DNA from: Eledone cirrhosa
Lineage: Eukaryota
Length of the DNA stretch: 64,000 bases
NCBI GenBank assembly: GCA_964016885.1
Contig: OZ024741.1
Span: forward strand, 353,648,001-353,712,000
Direction: 5' to 3'
Below, piece by piece: positions 12,439 to 24,722 of this stretch. Both the position numbers and the translations under genes were made by a program. The notes beneath the pieces are model-generated. The model saw only the letters and a list, made by a program, of their open reading frames with translations, had not been told where the DNA came from and ran no database searches. Numbering within the stretch: the first letter of the stretch is position 1; the number at the start of each line of letters is the position of its first letter.

Positions 12439-13074
12439 AATGTAAAAACAATTAATGCTTACATTTTAACAACGAAAATAGCAATTACACTTTTACACTA
12501 TAAACATGACTGTGTACAGATGCATGCTGGTATGTCTGAGTGAATGAACTAATGTATGTGTGACTATGTGTGGAGGGGTGCATCTATAGATTTGTGTGTA
12601 AGCGTCTGTCTTCGGGGCATATTTAATTTGTATGCGTATCAGTTAATGAGACAGTCCAATGATCAAAGAAAAAATCAAACTAATTTACAATACCGAAAGA
12701 ATTTTAAATTGATTATCGATTAAAAAGAAACAAAGAAAACTACAAAATTGTATACATTTTTTTTTTTTCAATCCACAGTAATTGATGAATGACGGCAGTA
12801 AAATATATTTACCTCCTCCTATACGGCTTCACTTGTTTCCTTTTGTGGAAATATCTTGTCAAATGACTTGCAATGAGATCAAGTGGTGATTCCCCTCCTT
12901 CATAAATATATACGTATATTGCTTTGAAGACGATATATGTGTGGAGGGGGGGATGTATGTGTGTGTGCGTATATGTATATAAGTATATATATATATGTTT
13001 ATCCCAGGTTCAATCGGGGGTAACCACAGTAAGTAAGGTACTCAATACATAGCAGAGTGTAAATATTTAAGAAA

Positions 13075-13230
13075 TGTGGTAAGGAACCAGGTGGACCATA
13101 ACGCACCAAAGTACTCAATACTTAGAGTAGTAGAGTGGGTAATAGGAACGAGTAGGACCCCGACGGCTGAGCTCAAGCCGTTTCGACGGCTAATTCTGGA
13201 CCAGAATTAGCCGTCGGGGTCCTACTCGTT

Positions 13231-13235
<5 letters not shown>
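13075..13235. mobile_element. Foldback of PLE-type terminal cassette family H (hammerhead 3' half only)
   Basis: ataggaacgagtaggaccccgacggct...agccgtcggggtcctactcgttcctat. The minus strand has GAAA-cggc-ttgagctca-gccg-TC-ggggtc. Related copies at 13428-13562, 15773-15930 and 43098-43156. Confidence 0.75.
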
Positions 13236-13274
<39 letters not shown>

Positions 13275-13319
13275 AGAAAAAAAGAGAATCAGTGTTGCGA
13301 CGAATGGAATTTATTGGAA

Positions 13320-13409
13320 ATATTACAATCGTTTCTCTGGCGACCAGCTCGAGGCACGATCTATTTAATGATCGAACCTGACTCTGAAAATCGCAAGATC
13401 CTCAGATAT
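13320..13409 (-). ncRNA. Type I hammerhead with an unusually long helix II, family C
   Basis: atat-CTGAGGA-tcttgcga..caggttcgatc..gatcgtgcct..ctggtcgccaga-GAAA-cgattg-TA-atat. A homologous decayed copy is at 63351-63440 (+). Confidence 0.65.
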
Positions 13410-14016
13410 GTCTTGATTCTACGATTCTAGAAATAACCGTCGAAACAGCTTGAGCTCTGCCGTCGGGGTCTTGAACATTTTCCTATTACCCACTGTACTA
13501 CCCAAAGTATTGAGTACTCTGGTGCGTTAAGGTCCGCCTGGTTCCTTACCACACTTCCTTCGTTATATATATATATATATTTATGTGTGTGTGTGCGTGT
13601 GTGTGTGTGAGAGAGAGAGTATATGTATATATATATTTGCGATGGCGTTTTATGCAGGTTTATGTACGCCTTTACATAAATATGAGCGTGTATATGTGTA
13701 TAAATATATATCTGAAATAACCAGTTCGAACTAAGATTAATCAGACAAATGTGTACTGAGGGAGGACGATGTATTCCAAACACCGATATTTTACGCAATT
13801 ACTATTGATGTGCATTTGTAATTACAAGTTCAGTAACATATGAATCTTTTCTCCATGGTATGTGCTGTTGTTGTGTTGTTGTTGTTGTTATTGTTGTTGT
13901 CTACTGTAAAGACATACACATGGTTGAAAGATTATTCCTGGCTTTTCCACTCTGAAACAAAGAATTCATTTCTTGCATCATTGAGTGCATATGGACGGCC
14001 TCAAATATAGGTTTCT

Positions 14017-14227
14017 TTATATAGGGACGAAGCCAGCAATTTTGGAGGAGGGGAAAGTCGATTAAATCCACCCCAATGCGTGATTGGTACTTTATTTTAT
14101 CGGCCCCGTAAGGATGAAAGGCAAAGTTAGCCTCGGCGGGATTTGAACTCAAATCATAAAGGGCCGTAACTCTATGCTGCAAAGCAAGGCGTCTAACCCT
14201 CTACCTATACTGCCAATGCACCGCCTT
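14017..14227 (-). mobile_element. tRNA-derived SINE, family 1 (long form)
   Basis: Reverse complement of the family-1 consensus including the ggggtggatttaatcgactttcccc segment. Confidence 0.9.
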
Positions 14228-14503
14228 TGACGGCCTCAAATAATGCGACTTGTGTTACCTTTGTGTAAATAAACTTCGATAAATTACTTTAATATATATA
14301 TATATATGTGTGTGTGCGTTTGAGTGTGAGAGTGTGTATGTCTGTGTATGTATAAAATATATAATCTATTTTAAGAAGCATTGAGCTAGTTACGAATTTT
14401 CGAAAATTAAGACAAATTTAGAGTAAAGTTAACGGCTTCACGCAGGAATTTTTTAGTTAAATAATTAGGGGGTATAATTTCCGGAGAGAGAAAAAAGTTG
14501 ACA

Positions 14504-14568
14504 GGGCGCCGGTGCGAATGGAACTCACATCTTCCGTGTACCGTACGGATGTGCTACAGATTACACCA
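14504..14568 (-). pseudogene. tRNA-like sequence (tRNA pseudogene or SINE head)
   Basis: tggtgtaatctgtagcacatccgtacggtacacggaagatgtgagttccattcgcaccggcgcc has A/B-box-like motifs and an anticodon-like stem. The acceptor 5' strand is missing. Confidence 0.5.
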
Positions 14569-14837
14569 AATATATAAATATATATATATATGTGCGTGTG
14601 TGTGTGTGTATAAACATTGGCGTATATATATTATTTGTTTGTTAAAATAATTAAATTAATTCAACAGTTAAACACACAGGAATAATAAGGCTGTTATCAA
14701 AGAGCCGGAAGATTGACAAGTTGACCCTAAATATGACTAATAGCTCTAGGAAAGCCATGAACAATACCACATCTTTTTAACGTTGATTTTTTTAAAAGTA
14801 GGCTTATAATTATTAATTTTCTGTATACTTTTGTAGC

Positions 14838-14925
14838 AGTCTCGGTGGCCTAGTTGGAGGAATCATAGCTGGCGGTAGTACTGGTCTGAAGTTCGAACCT
14901 GGCCGGGAGTAGGGTTCCCGGTAAA
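14838..14925 (+). mobile_element. tRNA-derived SINE head (third family)
   Basis: gtctcggtggcctagttgg (A box) ... gaagttcgaacctggccgggag (B box). Confidence 0.5.
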
Positions 14926-15289
14926 CTTTTTCAGTTTTTTTCTATGGGGTGTAAAATAAAAACTGAAAAAGATTTCTGGTACCTCTTGATCAAGATTGAA
15001 CTAAAAACCATGTGTTCCACCGTCTCTAGTACCTACTGCAAGACCACTGATTCAGCTAAGAAAAATCTACTGTCAATTCATACTTATAAACCTACCTTCA
15101 AAATTTTCAATACAAAATTTTGTGGATGCATACTTATTTAGCTAGTTGATGTTTTATAAATTCCACTGTAAGAGTGTTATTTCTATTTTAGAACCCGTCT
15201 CTTTCTCTCCATTGGTGAAAATTTATAAAATACCAAAACCAGAACATCATCACACACACACACATACACGTACATGTATATACATATAT

Positions 15290-15509
15290 ATCGTCAGTCG
15301 ATCGACTTTCGTCAAATCGGACCGAGGTAACAATGTTTCCATGGGTCTTTCCAATTGGTAATACTATCTATCGGTCGCAACTCCAGGTAGAAGGAGCAAC
15401 GTGAAATAAAGGGTCTTGCTCAAGGACATAACGCATCACCCGGTCCGGAAATCGAAATGACAACCACACGATTGCGAATCTAATTCTCTTACCACTCAAC
15501 CACGCGCCT

Positions 15510-15511
<2 letters not shown>
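15290..15511 (-). mobile_element. tRNA-derived SINE, family 2
   Basis: aaggcgcgtggttgagtggtaagag..tcgatttccggacc..gttatgtccttgagcaagaccctttatttcacgttgctcc. Confidence 0.75.
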
Positions 15512-15569
<58 letters not shown>

Positions 15570-15571
15570 TT

Positions 15572-15611
<40 letters not shown>

Positions 15612-15703
15612 ATAATAATAAGTTTGAAGACTAAAATCCAAAGAGGGCCCGATAAGGATAAATATATATCAAATATATAAGAACCGTAGAGCAAATATTT
15701 ATT

Positions 15704-15772
<69 letters not shown>

Positions 15773-15774
<2 letters not shown>

Positions 15775-15925
15775 GGAATTGTGGTAAGGAACTAGATGGA
15801 CCATAACGCACCAGAGTACTCAATACTTAGGGTAGTAGAGTGGGAAATAGGAAAGAGTATGTCCCCGACGGTCCAGAAATAGCCGTCGAAACGGCTTGAG
15901 CTCTGTCGTCGGGGTCATACTTTTT

Positions 15926-15930
<5 letters not shown>
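15773..15930. mobile_element. Foldback of terminal cassette family H inside (TA)n
   Basis: ataggaaagagtatgtccccgacgg..GAAAcggcttgagctctgtcgTCggggtcatactttttcctat, flanked by (TA)n on both sides. Confidence 0.75.
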
Positions 15931-15991
<61 letters not shown>

Positions 15992-16558
15992 CGTACATAT
16001 ATTACATATATAAAGACTTACATATATCATACATACATGCATGCATACATACATACATACATACATACATACATACATACATACATACATACATACATAC
16101 ATACATACATACATTTTCAGTGAAGACTCAGTGACAAGGAATCTGAACATAAAATAGAGAGTTGTTTTGCTTGTGACGTTGAAATAATTAATTCAATGAA
16201 ATAAAAGTTTAATTAACAATCCTAATTCGACAATGGGAGAAAGATTATTGGATCAATGTTGCTAAACAACAACGATATCTGGGCGTCCCCGAAATGGCTA
16301 AATTTTGTATATTTTATTTATTTTCCATTTATTAATACGAATATCTTATTATCTGTGGTGAACGCGATGTTTCAGTGTTAAACGTCACTGGACATCCAGA
16401 TGAGAATACATCGAATCCTCTCCTATTGTCTAAATTGCACTGGTTCTATGACCAACATACTTATGGAGAACTTAAATAGTCCAGGAAGCTTAGATATAAA
16501 TAAGTCTAGCAAAGATAAATGAGAAGAGTAAGCAGAGTCGGCAGTTGAGCATTTAGTG

Positions 16559-16841
16559 CAGTCATGGGCAACCTGCGTCCCGCGAAGCTTTCTGAGTGGC
16601 TCGCCTAAGTCACCTAAGTGAAATCTTTCTGATTTTTTTACCCCAACTTTTCAGTCGTAATTTATCTTTCTATCATTTTTACGATCGAGGATAACAACGT
16701 GTACGTATGCTGAAGACACAAATCAAAACAACCCGAGTTACCGCCCTTTTTTGTGTAGGCACGAATATAAATTAGCGTTTGCGGCCCACCTGATGATGAG
16801 CCATATCACATGCGGCCCGCTTCTCGAAAGGCCCCTGCCTG
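16559..16841. mobile_element. hAT-superfamily MITE
   Basis: Ends cagtcatgggcaacctgcgtcccgcg ... gcggcccgc..gcccctgcctg. 8-bp TSD atttagtg/atttaatg. Confidence 0.8.
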
Positions 16842-18297
16842 ATTTAATGCAATAGGCTAATCCCTACAGTGTACATCACATTCTCCCAGTTGTGTACACG
16901 ATGTACCCGATCCTCCTAAATAAAATAATTTCAATTTATAGTTTGGGCAACTGATAAACTTAGTATAAGGTGCGTCTTTCTCTCACCATATTAAAAATAT
17001 TACTAAGCTTATGTGTTATATTGCGCTGTCCACATATACCCACACCAAATTATGTGATATATCATAGCACAATAAAACTCTCTCCATTAGTTTGGACATC
17101 TCTACACCGTTGCTACGCGGCAAAGGTATTTAGTAATTTATTTATTGATCACAGAAAATTATTATATATCTAAGTTAATTACACAAATTTGTATACAGAT
17201 GTGATCTTTTAAGTTTCAGTAATGCACCCCACCTCGCCTCCGTAATGTCTGCACTCGAAATGGTTGCATAGCGGGCCGAATTGCTGCACCGGATCTAATT
17301 ACCAGGCCAAAACGATGTTGTGAATTGTTTTAACAAGCGAAGAAGATATTGATGCTAGAGTTTGTGCTTCATGGGCATATATATGTGGGATGGTATTATG
17401 TGTCAATATAGTCATTCGTATACTAATACGAACTCTCGTGAATATGAGAAAATTGGAGAAATCAGATAAAGATGAAGAAAGTAGTGGGGAAAGGTTTGTA
17501 TAGTGATTAAATATCGTGGTCTAAATCCGAGTTAGGATTTGCTGAGAATGATGTATGGATTGCTGGTGTGAAGAATTATCATTTGTTTGATTTTTAATGT
17601 GTGTAGAGGAGAGTGAATGTGGTGGGTTGGCAAAGTTGTTAGAACGTCGGGTAGAATGCTTTGTATCGGTTCCAGCAATTCAAAACCCACCGTGGTCAAC
17701 ATTGCTTTTCATCCATTCTAGCTCGAAAAAAAAAAAGGTATCAATCCAGCACTTGAGCCGATTCTTCCTCTATATATCTTCTCACTTTCTCCCTTTCTTC
17801 TCGCCGGCTCTTTCTCTCCCTCTATTTCTCTAACCCCCCCCCCCCCCCCCTCACTCTCTCCCCTCTGTAAGAAGTCAACTGATCAGATATGGAGAGGGAA
17901 CGAATTTTACCAGTTTTTTTTTAATTACCCCAGACAGACTGTATGTCATGACAACAACCATACGACTCCATCAGGAGTCACGGGTCCATACATACATACA
18001 TATCAGGGTGATGGTCGGTATGAAGTCACTTTATTCGGGGGTTCTGTTAGACTTTAAAATTGACGTAATTTTTCAGCCTCCACCTTCTGATAACGTCATA
18101 TTGTTAATATGATTTCAGGTTACGAATGCAGTGATTCACTCAACTCTTATGTGTTTTAAGTGTGAGTTGGAGGATTGTCCGGCATTTATTGCTTCTGTTC
18201 TATAGTTTCTGATGGAAGAATTGAGATCAAAATTGTTGACTAGGTGGGAAAGGGCGTATTTTCCTGTACATGCGTACATTGTGTGTGTGAGTATATA

Positions 18298-18371
<74 letters not shown>

Positions 18372-19121
18372 TGTACGTGTGTATATATATGTATGCGTGT
18401 GTGTGTTTATATATATGCGTGTGTGTATGCATGTGTGTGTCTGCGCGCGCGCGCGTGTGTGTGCGTTTGTTAGTGTGTGTGTGTGTATATCTGTGTATGT
18501 GTATGTATGTGTGTGTGCGCGTGTTTGTGTGTGTGTGTGTGTGTATCTGTGGATGTGTATGTATGTGTGTGTGCGCGTGTTTGTGTGTGCGTATATGTTT
18601 AGGTTGATATTCAAGAAATATCTGATAAGGTGTTTGCTTTGTATTACACTGCGGGTATATTATTTGAAGTTGCTATTGTGGCATGATGTGTGTTGCAACT
18701 GTCGTTGTTGTTTTTGATGATGATGTTGATGATGATGGAGTGGAGGTGGAGGGGAGGTTACTTTATATAGTGTTTTCTGTTAGGTTTTTTGAGTCTATGC
18801 TGGCTAAAAAAACATTGCGTTAGTTTTTTTCTTTTTTTTCTAAAGTTTCTTTATTTATTCATCTATTTTGCCATGTCCTTGTTTAGTGCTTTGATGCCGA
18901 GTTTTATTTCTGTTGTCTATATAGTTATTGTGTACTGTGTTTGAGGTTGTCTCTGTTTTTTATGAGCTAAACTATTTATGGTGTGTAATTGGGATTGTAT
19001 TTTTTATGCTGCCTTGTGGGATATGGATATCTTTTTATGGGTTGAGAAAGTTGCTCCATGTAAAGCTGCTACTTCTCCGAATTGAGAGATCACTACTAAG
19101 GGCACGTGGTTTGAATGTCTA

Positions 19122-19310
19122 AAGAAAGGGGTGCTGGACGATTTTACAGGCAAAACGAACTGGCAGGAGACCCAGAGGTAGACCCCGAGCAAGATGATTG
19201 GATAACGTTCATGAGCTCGACTGGTCTCGTTTGAAACCGTTGGAAACGGTTGCTTCTGACAGAAGCCATTGGAAGGAGTGCTTGAGGACTCTGCTTCTAC
19301 AAAGAAGAAG
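19122..19310 (+). mobile_element. RTE LINE 3' fragment
   Basis: ILQAKRTGRRPRGRPRAR*LDNVHELDWSRL..SDRSHWKECL with a gaagaag tail. Confidence 0.8.
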
Positions 19311-19504
19311 ATTTAGATTGTGTCTAGCCAACATACAATTGTAGTTATTCCATAGTCGTAGAGTAAGATGACTGGATAACATCCATGAGATTGGTCTTGC
19401 TTGGGGATCCAGCCCCGGATCATTTGGAGACGGTTGCTTCTGACAAGACCCATTGGAAGACGTAGTTGAGGACTCGGCCCCCACTACCCTCTCAAGAAGA
19501 AGAA

Positions 19505-19535
<31 letters not shown>

Positions 19536-19551
19536 AAGAAGAAGAAGAAGA
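19311..19551 (+). mobile_element. Second copy of the head + RTE-tail retroposon
   Basis: Colinear with 9100-9366 and ends in (GAA)n. Confidence 0.75.
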
Positions 19552-19564
19552 ATGGTATCTAAAC

Positions 19565-20090
19565 ATCTTGTTGACTATATTCTACTGTGTCTATGTTTGT
19601 GATTGTGATAGTGCCATATGTATTGTACTAGAGTGTCTGTTGGGGGCTATGGTGTTGTATGTATTGTACTACAGTATTTATGTTAGTAATTGTGGAATTA
19701 TTAAATGCATGTATTTTATTGCATGTGTTGATGGCTGTGGTGGTGTATGTATTCTTCTACAGTGGCTATGTTGGAAATTGCATTGTTGTTGTATGCATTG
19801 TACTGTATTATCTATATTGGTGTCAGTGATGTGTTGACTATTTACTATACTGCAGGTCTGTGCTGGATGTTGTGGTGGTGTTGTATGTATAGGGAGTTGT
19901 AGGTAGTAGGGCTGCTTTATATATTCAGTGTGTATGTTGGTGGCGTTATTGACTGTATAATGTTTATGTAGGTGATTGTGATGATGTTGATTGTATTGTG
20001 TGTTAGCATCTATGTTGGTGATTGTGTTGGTGTTGGCTGTATTGTACTTTTGTATCTATCCTGGTAATTGTGTTGTTGGATGTATATCTA
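19565..20090. repeat. Degenerate GT-rich minisatellite
   Basis: Recurrent gtattgtact..tatgttggtggttgtgatggtgttg-like units of about 40-45 bp. Confidence 0.6.
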
Positions 20091-21184
20091 CGGTACTTTC
20101 CACATTTTTCCTCATGTTTTATTAATATTTGTCAACTCGCGTCTATCGTAGAACGAACGCATTTGCTTACGTAACTGTGCAGCCGAAGCTCGCTATTGTA
20201 ATGCGAAATTCTTAAGAACACCACCGAGTCGCCGTCGAGACATCTAGTGTCTGTTCTCGGTCACCCAACTGCTGTTTTCCTCCAGAAAATTGGAAGATGT
20301 GCATCCTGCCCAAGGAAGTAGCCCCTTGAGGTAAAGTTATTGGTGCAGCCAGTGTCCCTAGTTGTTCGCCGTGGCAATACCTTCGCCATTTTGTCCGCGG
20401 AGTGTAGAGTCTGCTACTCCCTCTCCCTTCCACTGAATTTCATTATTCAACTTTGTTCTTTTATCTTTTTTATTGCAAACATTATATAATTTAATTATTT
20501 CCTGACACAATTATCTGAAAACCAAACAAGAATTGGCGTAAACAACTTTTCAAACAAAATGGCTTCGAATATAATTTATTCAAACTTACATTCGGTTAAA
20601 AAACGTGAATTCTGCGTTACCGTATTTCAAATATTAAACTGACGCATTTGATTTGAAAATGTCTCAATATTCTCGGATTGCTACATAATCCTCTTCAAAC
20701 CTTAAATATATTGGACATTTTTGTGTCATTTCATTTATTTTCTTTAGGTTTTAAATAATCCGACTGTTGCCACAAACAAGAAGCGTTAGTTTGGAATGTT
20801 ATATATGAGGAATTGAAGTTTCCCATGAGTTTCAAGCAATTTATTAAATATATTACTTCTCTCTAAGGTTACACAAGTGGAAAACATCCACTTTATATTT
20901 TCAATTGCAGAAACTCCCAACTGAACGTATCTTCAATAACACACCAATATACCTTATTTCAAAATCGAATAGCCTTCACACAGATACACATTCATACATA
21001 TATACGCACACTCACTCACGCACGCATACATACACATACACGTACATATATATATATATATATATATATATGGGGGGGGGGGTATGCGTGATTATATGTC
21101 TAAATACACACACAGATAGACACAGATATATACATATATGTGTATGTATGTATATATATATATATATATGTGTGTATGTATATG

Positions 21185-21727
21185 TCGGGGAACTCTTCAG
21201 TGCTACTGGTAACATGTAACCCAGTACAACCTGTCGCATGGTCGGGTCGTCGGCGACTAAACCGGCAACGCCACCAAGTTTACTTGGTGAGGAGGGTGAT
21301 TTTGAACACCCTGCAGGACAAAAAACAAAACCTGGCAAAGGGCGGAAGAACTCATAAGAGTCAACGGCCATCCAAAAGTGTGTAAATATGTATATACACA
21401 TGTACTGCGCGGTTAAACCACTGGGAGTGAAGGACCCCTAGCCTTTGTCAGGGCATTCTTCTAGGAGAAGGCAACTCAGGAAACTGGGATAACTCCGATA
21501 TAAAACCTGCGGCTCAGTAGTTACCGATGATGTTGATCTTTTCTTCTTTTCGGGTTATAGCTACTGTCGCTCAGAGAGTGGGATTGGCTCAGTGCACAGT
21601 CTTTCCTCACTTTAAAAAATATCTTCACGAACAGGCATTGCACGATAGAATTAATTAATAATTATTAAATTATTAATAATGGTATATCGTGCAATGGCCA
21701 TACTCAATAACGAGGGGGCAGCCATCA
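21185..21727 (+). mobile_element. Non-autonomous RTE-derived element (structured 5' UTR joined to a 3' tail)
   Basis: Contains cagggcattcttctaggagaaggcaactc, similar to RTE 5' UTR motifs. The 5' end has multiple hairpins and there is a terminal hairpin cattgcacgata..tatcgtgcaatg. No ORF. Confidence 0.55.
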
Positions 21728-21824
21728 TGTATGTATATATATATATATATATATTATGTAATACATATATGATATAATGTATATATATAATACATATATA
21801 TATAGTATATGATGATATATATAT

Positions 21825-22253
<429 letters not shown>

Positions 22254-22254
22254 T

Positions 22255-22710
22255 CGTCAACCTCCCCTCCCACATCCACGACACCAATCATGCCCTTACA
22301 CTTTTTAACTCCTCCTTCCTTTCTGGCTCCTCTCGCCTTCTCTTCACTGTCGACATCACCTCTCTCTATACCCTCATGACAGCCTCCGCCCTCTCCGACA
22401 CTTTTTGGACCTACGTCCTACCCCTTGCCCTAGCACAACCACTCTTCTCCGTCTGGCTAAGCTTGTTCTCACCCTCAATCGGTTTTTCTTTTCCGGTGAG
22501 TTTTATCAACAGTTATCTGCGGTAGCTATGGGAACCAGAATGGGTCTGAACTATGCCAACTTATTTATTTGTAACGTTGAAGCCCAGATCTTCCCACAGT
22601 TCACTGGACCTACTCCTCAGCTATCGACGACTGCATCGGCACCACCTCTCTTACACCTGAACAGCTCGATTCCTTTCTCTCCTTTCTTCATTCTTCTGTC
22701 CTTTTTCTTG
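22255..22710 (+). pseudogene. PLE RT fragment (another family)
   Basis: LLFTVDITSLYT; TTLLRLAKLVLTLNRFFFSGEFYQQLSAVAMGTRMGLNYANLF; tatcgacgactgc (YIDDC). A decayed hammerhead-like motif lies at about 23042-23078 (-). Confidence 0.85.
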
Positions 22711-22847
22711 AATATATATATATGAGGTTATAGTGTAATATATTGGTAAGATGAGGTAAGCTCAATGCATTGAAACGCCCCGTAGCGATGTATAAATAAA
22801 TAATAATAATACTAATCCTTCGTCTTATTGAATTTTGAATTATATAC

Positions 22848-22961
<114 letters not shown>

Positions 22962-23462
22962 GGTAAACAGAAATAAGAACACAATCAGTACAGTATATTG
23001 AAGGAATGTATTAGGTTAACACTTGAAATAGCAGGAAGAGGGACTTAACGTTTCGGACGATAGTCTTTCACTAGAAGAAAGAATGAGAAATTAGTTAGAT
23101 TGAAGGCACGGGTGGGGTGGAATTTGAAAAAAAGTTTTTAGATTAAAATAACAGGTCCATTCATGTTGCCATCTCTTGGAAAACTGTTGATGCTGGCGTT
23201 TTGTATATGATATATCTTTTTAGAAAAGTGGATGATGGAGCGCGTCTACCTCAAATGGAATAAAAACATTTTGTATAAAGAGCTATACTTGTGCGTGTGC
23301 GTGTGTCTGTGTGGTGTGTGTGTGTGCGCGCGCTCACCCGTGTGTGTATGTGCGTGTGTGTGTGTGTGTGTGTGTTATTATACGTCCGTACGAAGCTGTG
23401 CGTCAATCCGTATGCTTGCTTATATATATACTCTTATCGTACGTGCCTTATTTACATTACAA

Positions 23463-23684
23463 TGGCGTTGGATTGGCAGTATCGGTAAAGAGTCGGACAC
23501 CATGCTTTGCAGCATAGAGTTACGGTCCTTTACGGTCTGAGTTCAAATCCTACCGAGGTTAACTTTGCCTTTCATCCTTACGGGGTCGATAAAATAAAGC
23601 ACCAGTAACGTACTGGGGTCGATTTAATCGACTTTCTTCTCCCCCCCAAATTACTTGCCTTGTGCCTATACTAGAAATCATTAT
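23463..23684 (+). mobile_element. tRNA-derived SINE, family 1 (long form)
   Basis: Full head, B box, core and tail. Confidence 0.92.
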
Positions 23685-24277
23685 TTACTTTACAAAATTT
23701 GCTCAATTTCTTTTGTATTTTTCTCTACGTCAGCATATTAAATGAAACGACACTCAGGTATGAGTTTTACTGTAACGGTCTCACAAATCAGACACACCGG
23801 AAACTATATTGAGCTTACTTACACTAAAAGCAAATAACATTAGCATTCATTTCAAAAATAGAATTTGCCAGCTGACTCAAAAATATATTAACAAAATCTG
23901 AGGTCTTTATATTAATTTCCATAAATGAATCTTTATGGCAAATACATTCAAATTTATCTGAACGCTTTGTTACCATAAAATATTAATATGTGAATTAATT
24001 TTTTAAATAATTAATTAAGAATTAATGTTTCCTTGTATTCAATATCCCGGCCATTTTCCTATTCTTGTTTTATGCAATCATGGCGACTGTCTCACACTCA
24101 TATTTGTTTTTTTTTATTCCATAAACATCATCCTTTATGCACAAAAGAATCAATACTAGAGATTCAACAATACAATCGGATGCTTTCTCATAAGACAATG
24201 TAAACCGAATTTCAACATATAATATTTATTGAAACCTTCGCTTTATTTATATATATATGTATATATATATATATATA

Positions 24278-24375
24278 TAGGGCGTCCCAAAATACTGTAT
24301 ACATCATTCAACAGCATTCTAATAAATATGCCTGTACAGGTAATCAAAGTGTGTATACATATTTTGGGGCATCCA

Positions 24376-24378
<3 letters not shown>
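24278..24378. mobile_element. Tc1/mariner-type MITE in (TA)n
   Basis: TIRs tagggcgtcccaaaata..tgtatac / gtatacatattttggggcatccaata. Related copy at 37939-38024. Confidence 0.7.
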
Positions 24379-24408
<30 letters not shown>

Positions 24409-24652
24409 TATATGTGTCTGTGTGTATTTGTGTGTGTGCGCGCGCGTGTGTACGTGTGTGTGTGTAATATTGTTGTATTTAAACATTCAAACAGTAACTG
24501 ACTGAGCTCACAATACTGATAGGTAGAGTGTAGGAATATATTTTCTACGTAAGAAAATGGCAGAGAATTCGATATTTCAGCTGTCTGCCCGGTGAATCAA
24601 CTAAGATGAAGCTCCAAATGGACTGCCGCTTTTATACTTAGGTAATAAATAA

Positions 24653-24722
<70 letters not shown>

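Noticed and set aside
14504-14568. Functional tRNA gene
   Set aside because: The acceptor stem is incomplete and the T-loop is altered. Treated as a pseudogene or SINE head.
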